DNA of 41,383 nt, from the IMG/VR virus record IMGVR_UViG_3300026549_000014, positions 1 through 41,383 of that record; one strand, 5' to 3'. Positions 14,730-22,266 of this stretch are shown piece by piece; the stretch's first letter is position 1; each line of letters opens with the position of its first letter. The stretch is from a virus. The translations under genes and the position numbers were made by a program. The notes beneath the pieces are model-generated. The model made no database searches. It had not been told where the DNA came from and saw only the letters and a program-made list of their open reading frames with translations.

Positions 14730-14951
14730 TCACTCGATGTCTACCCTTGCGTATGCCTCGTCCATGCCGTTGTCATAGATCAGCACAATGTTGTCAGCCC
14801 CCTCGCGGAGTGCCATCTCTGCTGCCTCCTCCGGATTGGTGGAGCCGTCTCCATCATCGATGTCTTCCGGGGTCTGGTGGATTGCGTACCAGGTAGCAAC
14901 GCCGTCCTCTGTTACCGCCTCAAGTCTCTGTGTAAGCTCTTCTCTTGTCAT
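14730..14951 (-). CDS. Hyper-acidic small protein (73 aa; 20 D/E against 4 K/R)
   Basis: AAAGGAG lies 7 nt upstream of ATG 14951. MTREELTQRLEAVTEDGVATWYAIHQTPEDIDDGDGSTNPEEAAEMALREGADNIVLIYDNGMDEAYARVDIE. Confidence 0.7.
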   Translation of the reverse strand: MTREELTQRLEAVTEDGVATWYAIHQTPEDIDDGDGSTNPEEAAEMALREGADNIVLIYDNGMDEAYARVDIE

Positions 14952-14979
14952 TTTAAATCTCCTTTGTTCTATGCGCCAT

Positions 14980-15216
14980 TTACCCGACATTGGCTACTTC
15001 GGCTTTGACATCAAATTCCATATCGTCCAGCCGATAGCTACTAGCACCAGTTTGCACGAACCGGTCGTCAACATAACGCATGTTGTCCATCCATTGATCG
15101 ATGGCGGTCTCAGCATTCTCTGCATTCCACTCGTCTACTTCCTGCCATTCGAGATAACCGTCTGCGGTATTTGCGCTATTTGTTTGCCTAGCAGAAATTG
15201 TGAATTCTCTTGTCAT
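14980..15216 (-). CDS. Hyper-acidic small protein (78 aa; 17 D/E against 6 K/R)
   Basis: AAGGAGG lies 8 nt upstream of ATG 15216. MTREFTISARQTNSANTADGYLEWQEVDEWNAENAETAIDQWMDNMRYVDDRFVQTGASSYRLDDMEFDVKAEVANVG. Confidence 0.7.
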   Translation of the reverse strand: MTREFTISARQTNSANTADGYLEWQEVDEWNAENAETAIDQWMDNMRYVDDRFVQTGASSYRLDDMEFDVKAEVANVG

Positions 15217-15262
15217 CTTATTTTCCTCCTTTGTGTGTGTCCCTCTCTCTTGGGGACAACTA

Positions 15263-15276
15263 TATGGTACCACATA
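15263..15276. promoter_or_regulatory. Operator-like site 1 (TATGGTACCACATA), an imperfect copy of the palindrome at 15309-15328
   Basis: Shares the 12-mer TGGTACCACATA with site 2. The GGTACC cores are exactly 50 bp apart. Confidence 0.5.
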
Positions 15277-15308
15277 CGAGAGGATATACAATCGGCAAAG
15301 TGCACAAA

Positions 15309-15328
15309 CATATGTGGTACCACATATG
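15309..15328. promoter_or_regulatory. Operator-like site 2: perfect 20-bp palindrome CATATGTGGTACCACATATG
   Basis: The sequence equals its own reverse complement. It lies in the divergent intergenic region between the minus-strand cassette and terS. Confidence 0.6.
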
Positions 15329-15378
15329 GAGATTGCACAAAGGTGGTGGCCTATCCTGGCAAAAAGGGGGCCGGTAGA

Positions 15379-15876
15379 ATGATAAGTATGAAAAAGGACA
15401 GAGAAAAACAGGATAGTCAGTCCCGTCCGCTGACGCAGAAGCAGGAGAAGTTTGTGCAGCTCCTGATCTCGGGCAAGAGCCAGAGAGAGGCATACAAAGA
15501 AGCGTATGGGTGCGAGGGGTGGAAGCCAGAGAACATAGACTCGCAGGCTAGCAGAACGCTCAAAAAGCCCAAGGTAGCCGCAAGGTACGAGGAGGCTAGA
15601 AGCAAAATCGTATCTAACGATGAGATGAGCGCAGAGGGAATGCGGAAGTTTATCGTATCGCGCTTGAGAGACATCGCCTCCGGGAAGGTATGCGATGAGA
15701 CCACCGTGTACGATGGGGAGGGGAATGTGACCAAGGTCCAGCGGACAGTCAGGCAGGCGGACATCCAGAACGCGATGGACAAGCTCGCGTCGTGGTATGG
15801 CATACAGCCGGAGATTAACACTAGCGCAGAGGTGACGGTACAGTTCAGAGGAGATGCCGATGGCTACGGTGATTGA
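15379..15876 (+). CDS. terS: Terminase small subunit
   Basis: LTQKQEKFVQLLISGKSQREAYKEAYG..ASRTLKKPKVAARY is a typical HTH-type TerS N-terminus. Overlaps terL. Only the 3' third of the 14788 ORF is taken. Confidence 0.8.
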   Translation: MISMKKDREKQDSQSRPLTQKQEKFVQLLISGKSQREAYKEAYGCEGWKPENIDSQASRTLKKPKVAARYEEARSKIVSNDEMSAEGMRKFIVSRLRDIASGKVCDETTVYDGEGNVTKVQRTVRQADIQNAMDKLASWYGIQPEINTSAEVTVQFRGDADGYGD

Positions 15877-17260
15877 GCTGGACAGACCATCGGAAAAGCA
15901 GCGGCCGTTCCTCTTGGACCATCACAAACATGTAGGGTACGGCGGCGCGCGTGGAGGAGGAAAGTCCTGGGCTGTGAGGACCAAGGACATCCTGCTGTGC
16001 CTCAAACATCCAGGGATCCGCACAGCGATCTTTAGGCGGACATACCCAGAGCTGGAGCGCAATCACATCAGAGTGCTGGTAACGATGTGCACGCAGGCCA
16101 GGATCGCAACGTACAATCGCACGGAAAAGCGGCTCACCTATATCAATGGGAGCACGACCGAGTTCGTGTTTGCCCAGCGGCAGGCAGATCTGGACAAGAT
16201 ACAGGGTAACGAATGGGATGTGATCTTTATTGACGAGGCTACGCAGTGGTCCGAGGAGGAGCTCAAGATCATCACTGCCTGCTGCCGAGGAGCCAACGAT
16301 TTTCCCAAGCGCATCTACTATACCTGCAACCCGGGAGGGATCGGGCATCAGTACATCAAGCGCATATTTATCGACCGGAGCTACGAGGATACCGAGGATC
16401 CGGACGACTACAGCTTTATCCAGAGCAAGGTCACGGATAACCAGGCGCTCATGGACGCGGATCCGGACTACATCAAGTACCTGCAGGCCCTTCCTCCCAA
16501 GCTGCGCAAGGCATGGCTGGACGGAGACTGGAACGTGCTCTCCGGCGCTTTCTTCGAGGAGTTCCGCAATGGGGATCCCACACAGTCCGCCTGGACCCAC
16601 GTCATCGAGCCCTTCGAGCCGCCAAGGCACTGGACCTACATGATGGGGTACGACTATGGGTACAGTAAGCCCTTCTCCTGCCAGTGGTACGCCATTGATG
16701 AGTCCGGGATCATGTACCTGATACTAGAGTGGTACGGATGGAACGGAGAGCCCAACGAGGGCATGAGGATCACAGCGGAAAAGCAGTTTGAACATATCCG
16801 GGAGATAGAGGAGCAGCATCCCTATCTCAAAGGGCGGAAGGTGCGACACATCGCAGATCCTGCGATCTGGGACGCAGAGCGAGGCGAGAGCATCGCCGAA
16901 ACCGCGGAAAAGAAGGGAATCTTCTTCGAAAAGGGCGACCACGCGAGGATGTCCGGGTGGATGCAGTGCCACTACCGCCTGCAGTTTGACGCTAACGGCA
17001 TCCCGATGTTTTACGTCTTCTCCTCCTGCCCACAGTTTATCCGGACGATACAGCTCCAGCAGTACGACGAGCATAGAGTAGAGGACCTAGACACAGATCT
17101 GGAGGACCACACGATGGACTCGTGGAGATATGTGTGCATGGCTCGTCCGATCAAGCCCACACAGCCGCAGGAGACCAGGGAGTATGGAGATGATCCTCTC
17201 AACCAGAGAGTAGCTAAGCGCAAGTCAAGATTTATCGAGCATGGATACGAGGTGCACTAA
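15854..17260 (+). CDS. terL: Terminase large subunit
   Basis: Walker A-like GYGGARGGGKSWA, Walker B-like DVIFIDEAT, and C-terminal nuclease-type acidic motifs. 468 aa. Confidence 0.92.
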   Translation: MPMATVIELDRPSEKQRPFLLDHHKHVGYGGARGGGKSWAVRTKDILLCLKHPGIRTAIFRRTYPELERNHIRVLVTMCTQARIATYNRTEKRLTYINGSTTEFVFAQRQADLDKIQGNEWDVIFIDEATQWSEEELKIITACCRGANDFPKRIYYTCNPGGIGHQYIKRIFIDRSYEDTEDPDDYSFIQSKVTDNQALMDADPDYIKYLQALPPKLRKAWLDGDWNVLSGAFFEEFRNGDPTQSAWTHVIEPFEPPRHWTYMMGYDYGYSKPFSCQWYAIDESGIMYLILEWYGWNGEPNEGMRITAEKQFEHIREIEEQHPYLKGRKVRHIADPAIWDAERGESIAETAEKKGIFFEKGDHARMSGWMQCHYRLQFDANGIPMFYVFSSCPQFIRTIQLQQYDEHRVEDLDTDLEDHTMDSWRYVCMARPIKPTQPQETREYGDDPLNQRVAKRKSRFIEHGYEVH

Positions 17261-19236
17261 TGGGAGACAACACGACACAGCCGGTAGTACAGGCGATAGG
17301 CCCGGAGCAGGTACGCAAGGCCTACGGAATACTGCGCAAGTACAAGGACGGCAAGAAAAATCTGGAAGATCGTATCGTACACAACGAGAAGTGGTGGAGA
17401 ATGCGGCACTGGAGCGACATGGAGACCAAAGAGACCAAGGACGATCCACAGCCTGCGTCCGGATGGCTCTTTAACGCCGTGATCTCCAAACACGCTGACT
17501 TTATGGACAACTTCCCCGGCACGGTGATCCTGCCTCGCGAGCCCGGAGACGTGGAGGAGGCGCAGAGGCTGTCCTCCGTCATCCCTGTCGTGATGGATCA
17601 GGCAGACTACCGCAACGTCTATAGCGATGAGGCATGGTACAAGCTCAAGACCGGGACCGGGGTGTTCGGGGTATTCTGGGACCAGGGCAAGCTCAACGGT
17701 CTGGGGGACATCACGATCAAGTCCATGGACCTCCTCTCTTTGTTCTGGGAGCCAGGGATCACTGACATCCAGCAGTCTGCCAACGTATTCTCGGTGGAGC
17801 TGGTGGACAACGACCTCATTAAGTCCGCATATCCACAGGCGGGGAATGCACTGAGCCAGTCCCAGAACAGCATCCTCACCAAGTACGTGTACGATGATGC
17901 CATCGACACGTCCAACAAGTCTGCCGTGATCGACTGGTACTACAAAAAGGTGATCAACGGCAAGACAACCCTGCAGTACTGCAAGTTTGTGGGAGACGTG
18001 GTGCTGTATGCCACGGAAAACGACACCAGCCGCAAGACTGCCGCACAGCAGGTCCCGGATGTGGATGAGCAGGGCAATCCCACGGGAACAGCGCATACCG
18101 AGGAGGTGCCTGTAGGAGAGAGCGTAGCCGAACGCGGGCTATATGATCACGCACTGTATCCCTTTGTTTTCGATGTCCTCTGGCCGGAGCAGGGCATGCC
18201 CGTCGGCTTTGGGCTCATCGACGTTGGTAAGAGCGCGCAGGCGTCCATAGACATCTTTAACTCCGCGTTCGAGAAAAACGTGCAGTACGGTGCACAGCCG
18301 CGGTACATGATGCGGGCGGATGGAGGCATCAACGAGGAGGAGTTTGCGGATCCCCATAAGCTGATCGTCCACACGGACACATCCCTGGGGGATGACAGCG
18401 TAAAGCCCATCCAGACACCCAACATCGTCTCTGGCAACTATATCGACATCCTTCAGAACAAGGTGGACGAGCTTAAAGAGGTGCTGGGCAACCGAGACGT
18501 CACCACAGGCGGGGTATCCTCTGGCGTTACATCCGCATCCGGCATCGCCGCCCTGCAGGAGAGCTCCGGCAAGACCAGCCGAGACCAGATCGCAACGACG
18601 TATGAGGCACACCGGAAGGTGGTCAACCTCGTGATCGAGCTGATCCGGCAGTTCTACGACCTCCCGCGGCAGTTCCGGATCACAGGTCAGCAGGGAGAGC
18701 GGGAGTTTGTCTCCTACAGCAACGCAGGACTGAAGCCACAGTACCAGGGCAATGATTTTGGCGTGGACTTCGGGTACCGCCTGCCGGTGTTTGACATCGA
18801 CGTAAAAGCTGAAAAGCAGTCAGCCTACAGTCGGGTATCCCAGAATGATATGGCCCTGCAGTTCTACAACAGCGGCTTCTTTAATCCTCAGTACGCCGAT
18901 CAAGCCCTTGCCTGCCTGGACATGATGGATTTCGAGGGCAAGCAGGAGATGGTGCAGAAAGTCCAGCAGAACGGCGGGATGTACCAGCAAATGCTCCAGA
19001 TGCAGCAGCAGATGCTCCAGCTCTCCCAGATCGTGGACCAGCTCACGGGAGGGAAGACCAATCTAGGGGACCAGACCGCACAGCAGATCAACAGTAACTT
19101 GGACAATGCATCACAGCAGGGAGCCGGGGGCGGATCCGCGAACGCTCAGATCCCGCAGCTCACAAAGACAAGCAGTGAGAATCCCATCCCTGCGAGGGCG
19201 CGACAACAGGCATCACAGGCTAACACTCCGACATGA
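17260..19236 (+). CDS. Portal protein with a Q-rich C-terminal tail
   Basis: 658 aa, immediately after terL with a 1-nt overlap. Position and size fit a portal, and the central region shows conserved alpha/beta patterns. Confidence 0.85.
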   Translation: MGDNTTQPVVQAIGPEQVRKAYGILRKYKDGKKNLEDRIVHNEKWWRMRHWSDMETKETKDDPQPASGWLFNAVISKHADFMDNFPGTVILPREPGDVEEAQRLSSVIPVVMDQADYRNVYSDEAWYKLKTGTGVFGVFWDQGKLNGLGDITIKSMDLLSLFWEPGITDIQQSANVFSVELVDNDLIKSAYPQAGNALSQSQNSILTKYVYDDAIDTSNKSAVIDWYYKKVINGKTTLQYCKFVGDVVLYATENDTSRKTAAQQVPDVDEQGNPTGTAHTEEVPVGESVAERGLYDHALYPFVFDVLWPEQGMPVGFGLIDVGKSAQASIDIFNSAFEKNVQYGAQPRYMMRADGGINEEEFADPHKLIVHTDTSLGDDSVKPIQTPNIVSGNYIDILQNKVDELKEVLGNRDVTTGGVSSGVTSASGIAALQESSGKTSRDQIATTYEAHRKVVNLVIELIRQFYDLPRQFRITGQQGEREFVSYSNAGLKPQYQGNDFGVDFGYRLPVFDIDVKAEKQSAYSRVSQNDMALQFYNSGFFNPQYADQALACLDMMDFEGKQEMVQKVQQNGGMYQQMLQMQQQMLQLSQIVDQLTGGKTNLGDQTAQQINSNLDNASQQGAGGGSANAQIPQLTKTSSENPIPARARQQASQANTPT

Positions 19237-19550
19237 CAAGGATAGAGTACAGATACGGCGCCGATAGCTTTGCCCTGGACGTCTCCGGGCACTCCGGGTA
19301 CGCTCCCGCAGGCGATGACATTGTGTGCGCAGGGATCTCTGCTCTCGTGCAGACGCTGGCCATCAGGGCTGACGAGATCGGAGAGGACACCATGATCGAC
19401 CTTCCGGGAGGGGGAGAGGCGCACATCAGATCGTCCGGAGACAGGATCCTGGACTTTTCCAAAGGAATTCTGGAGGGCCTGCAGGCGATCGCTGAGGCGT
19501 ACCCCTCCAACGCAGAGGTGACCTATACAGACATTAGAAAAAGCTGTTAG
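19233..19550 (+). CDS. Prp-like (ribosomal-processing cysteine protease family) prohead maturation protease
   Basis: VSGHSGYAPAGDDIVCAGISALVQTLA and GGGEAHIRS match the Prp/YsxB His-Cys dyad context (GH.GYA..G.DIVCA.VS). Confidence 0.8.
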   Translation: MTRIEYRYGADSFALDVSGHSGYAPAGDDIVCAGISALVQTLAIRADEIGEDTMIDLPGGGEAHIRSSGDRILDFSKGILEGLQAIAEAYPSNAEVTYTDIRKSC

Positions 19551-19608
19551 ATAAATGCAGAAGCCTTAAAGGGCCGTGACCTACCACAGATAGAAAGGGG
19601 ACTTCTAC

Positions 19609-20499
19609 ATGGAATTATTCATTCACAACCTGCTCAACCTCCAGTATTTTGCTGACGAGGAGGGAGACGCAGGGCAGGCCGAAACTTCCGCAGATGAGGG
19701 TGCCGCGGACACCACAGGCTCAGCGACAGAATCCGAGGGCGAGACCTCCGGAGAGCAGGCGGCACCTGCAGAACCATCGTTTGACGATCTGATCAAAGGG
19801 AAGTACAAGGACGACTACGCAAAGGCGGTCCAGGGAGCGATCCAGAAGCGCTTCCGGAATCAGGAGGACCTTCAGGGCAGGATCAACGCGATTGACCCCG
19901 TGGTCAGGGAGCTGGCACATCGCTACGGCATCCAGACCAACCCGGACGGGAGCATCCCAATCGACAGACTGCAGCAGGCCCTGGACAATGACCAGGACGC
20001 GCTGGAGAAGGAAGCCTTTGCCAAGGGCATGACCGTCGATGACTACCGCCAGTACAGGGCTCTGGAGCGTGAGAACGCACAGTACAAGGCACAGGCGGAG
20101 CAGCGGGCACGTCAGGCAGAGTGGGAGAACGTACAGGCACAGGCGCAGGCCATGCAGGCACAGTTCCCGTCTTTTAGCCTGGAGACCGAGATGCAGAATC
20201 CTGCGTTTGCCAGCATGCTTGCGACTCTCCAGCACAACGGGGTGGCCAATGCAGTGAGGACGGCATACACCTCCCTGCACTTCGATGAGCTGATGACCGG
20301 CGGCATGCAGTATGCGCAGCAGCAGGCAGCGCAAAAGATCTCCAACTCCGTCCGCTCCGGATCCAAGAGGCCGGCAGAGAATGGGACCACCGGAGCCTCC
20401 GCAGGCACAGCCGCAGTAGACATCAACAGCCTTTCCAGAGAGCAGATCGACGACTACATCGCAAGAGCTCAGAGAGGAGAAAAGATCTCCTTTACCTGA
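19609..20499 (+). CDS. Scaffolding protein
   Basis: Acidic N-terminus and a Q/A/E-rich helical body. Located between the protease and the major capsid gene. N-terminal LQYFA motif. Confidence 0.8.
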   Translation: MELFIHNLLNLQYFADEEGDAGQAETSADEGAADTTGSATESEGETSGEQAAPAEPSFDDLIKGKYKDDYAKAVQGAIQKRFRNQEDLQGRINAIDPVVRELAHRYGIQTNPDGSIPIDRLQQALDNDQDALEKEAFAKGMTVDDYRQYRALERENAQYKAQAEQRARQAEWENVQAQAQAMQAQFPSFSLETEMQNPAFASMLATLQHNGVANAVRTAYTSLHFDELMTGGMQYAQQQAAQKISNSVRSGSKRPAENGTTGASAGTAAVDINSLSREQIDDYIARAQRGEKISFT

Positions 20500-20512
20500 G
20501 GGAAAGGACACT

Positions 20513-21508
20513 ATGAAGCACAAGCTCGTTATGTTCCTGCAGTATTTCGCAAATCCGAATACGCAGACAACCACACTTAAGGCCGACGGGAACGATCTGT
20601 CCCCGGAAATGAAGGTGTTTTACAGCAAGGAGCTGCTCGAGAACGCACGCCACGACCACACCTTCAACCAGTTCGGCAAGGTCCAGGCGATTCCGGCAAA
20701 CTCCGGCAACAAGATCGAGTGGCGCAAGATCAGCACCTACGCTCCCGCAACCATGCCGCTGACCGAGGGCGTTACTCCGGACGGCAACAAGCAGAACGTG
20801 ATTGCGATCACTGGCTCCATCGACCAGTACGGCGACTACACGACCGTCTCCGACAGACTGCAGACCGAGGCCATCGACCCCATCGTGGCCGAGATCACCA
20901 AGGAGCACTCTGCTCAGATGGCAGACACGCTCAACATCATCACCCGCAATGAGGTCATGACCGGCACCAACGTCCTGTTCGCAGGCGGCAAGACCAGCCG
21001 CGACACGCTGACCGCAAACGACCTTATCTCCCCTACGCTCATCAACCAGGCCGCAACCATTTTGAAGAAGGCCCACACGCCCAAGATCAACGGTGACTTC
21101 GTGGCTATCATCCATCCCTCTGTCTCCTACGATCTTAGGGAGTCCAAGGATTGGATCGAGACCCAGAAGTACGCGGACCCCAAGAACATTTACAACGGCG
21201 AGATCGGAAAGCTCCACGGCGTGCGCTTCATCGAGGATGCAGACGATAAGGTCTGGGCCAACAGCACCGGTGTAAAGGTGTATGCAACCATCGTGATGGG
21301 TGCTGACGCCTATGCACGCATCGCACAGAGTGCCGAGAATGCCGAGGTCATCGTAAAGGCCGTGGGCTCTGCAGGTACAGCAGATCCCCTTAACCAGCGC
21401 GGGACCATCGGCTGGAAGGCCACGCACGGCGCAAAGGTCCTGTATCAGGAGAGGATGATCCGCATTGAGTCCAGCTCCTCCCTGCAGGCTACCGACGCCG
21501 CAAACTAA
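20513..21508 (+). CDS. Major capsid protein (HK97-fold type expected)
   Basis: 331 aa, strong RBS, canonical position. N-terminal LQYFA propeptide motif. A terminator lies downstream of the next small gene. Confidence 0.88.
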   Translation: MKHKLVMFLQYFANPNTQTTTLKADGNDLSPEMKVFYSKELLENARHDHTFNQFGKVQAIPANSGNKIEWRKISTYAPATMPLTEGVTPDGNKQNVIAITGSIDQYGDYTTVSDRLQTEAIDPIVAEITKEHSAQMADTLNIITRNEVMTGTNVLFAGGKTSRDTLTANDLISPTLINQAATILKKAHTPKINGDFVAIIHPSVSYDLRESKDWIETQKYADPKNIYNGEIGKLHGVRFIEDADDKVWANSTGVKVYATIVMGADAYARIAQSAENAEVIVKAVGSAGTADPLNQRGTIGWKATHGAKVLYQERMIRIESSSSLQATDAAN

Positions 21509-21517
21509 GGAGGCAAA

Positions 21518-21778
21518 ATGGCAGCATCAGCAAAAGTGCCGGACGGAACCCTTACCGTATCCGGCGGAGAGTGGGACCAGAAGGTGACCGTAAAGCTCCC
21601 GAGGTCCACAGACAAGCACGGCGAGAATTATCTCTACGTAGCAGTCAATGGCCGGGGCATGAAGATCATGCGCGGGGTTTCTGTCGAGGTCCCCAAGCCG
21701 ATCGCCGATGTCCTCAAGTGCTCCGAGGAGATGCAGGACGTCGCCGCTGACTACGCGGAGAAAGCAACATCTGGTTAA
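21518..21778 (+). CDS. Hypothetical head-associated protein (86 aa)
   Basis: RBS AAGGAGG. Last gene before a strong terminator. Confidence 0.65.
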   Translation: MAASAKVPDGTLTVSGGEWDQKVTVKLPRSTDKHGENYLYVAVNGRGMKIMRGVSVEVPKPIADVLKCSEEMQDVAADYAEKATSG

Positions 21779-21785
21779 AAAAACG

Positions 21786-21817
21786 AGGGCAGAGCATCTA
21801 GGTGCCCTGCCTTTTTT
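21786..21817 (+). terminator. Rho-independent terminator after the capsid operon
   Basis: AGGGCA/TGCCCT (or GGCAG/CTGCC) stem followed by TTTTTT at 21812-21817. Confidence 0.7.
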
Positions 21818-21831
21818 GCTAGGTAAAAGAC

Positions 21832-22266
21832 ATGAAAGTATCAGACATCATCGCGCGGTATAACGCAGAGATCTCCAATGAGATTGACGACAGCCTAAAG
21901 CTCACGCTGATCCACGACTGTGACAACAGGATCCAGGCAGACATCATTGATACACACTCAAGCAAGTCACCGCTTGGCAAAAAGATGTGGGCTGAGGACG
22001 GTGTGCTCTACATCAGCAAGGCCGCCAAGGCACAGGATATCGAGTACACCATGGATACGGATGTACTCGCCCCCGAGGCGTTTCTCCCTGTCTATCTGCT
22101 CTACATTGATCAGGCCATTGCGTGGGACCGCAACGACATGGACCGGTACAATGCGGCATCGCAGAGGTTTAACACAGCGTTTGGAGAGCTGCTTAACTGG
22201 TATTCCCGTTCTCATGCCGCCCCTCAGCCCAAACCGCACCACTTCCTGCACCGGGGAGGCATGTAA
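21832..22266 (+). CDS. Head-tail adaptor/connector-like protein (tentative)
   Basis: 144 aa, first gene after the capsid block. No motif-level identification. Confidence 0.5.
   Translation: MKVSDIIARYNAEISNEIDDSLKLTLIHDCDNRIQADIIDTHSSKSPLGKKMWAEDGVLYISKAAKAQDIEYTMDTDVLAPEAFLPVYLLYIDQAIAWDRNDMDRYNAASQRFNTAFGELLNWYSRSHAAPQPKPHHFLHRGGM

Noticed and set aside
14788-15378. Long N-terminal extension of the terS ORF (362-aa ORF 14788-15876)
   Set aside because: The upstream two-thirds runs antisense to two minus-strand genes that have strong RBSs, and its sequence is hydrophobic and low-complexity. The TerS-like sequence begins at MISMKKDREK (15379).
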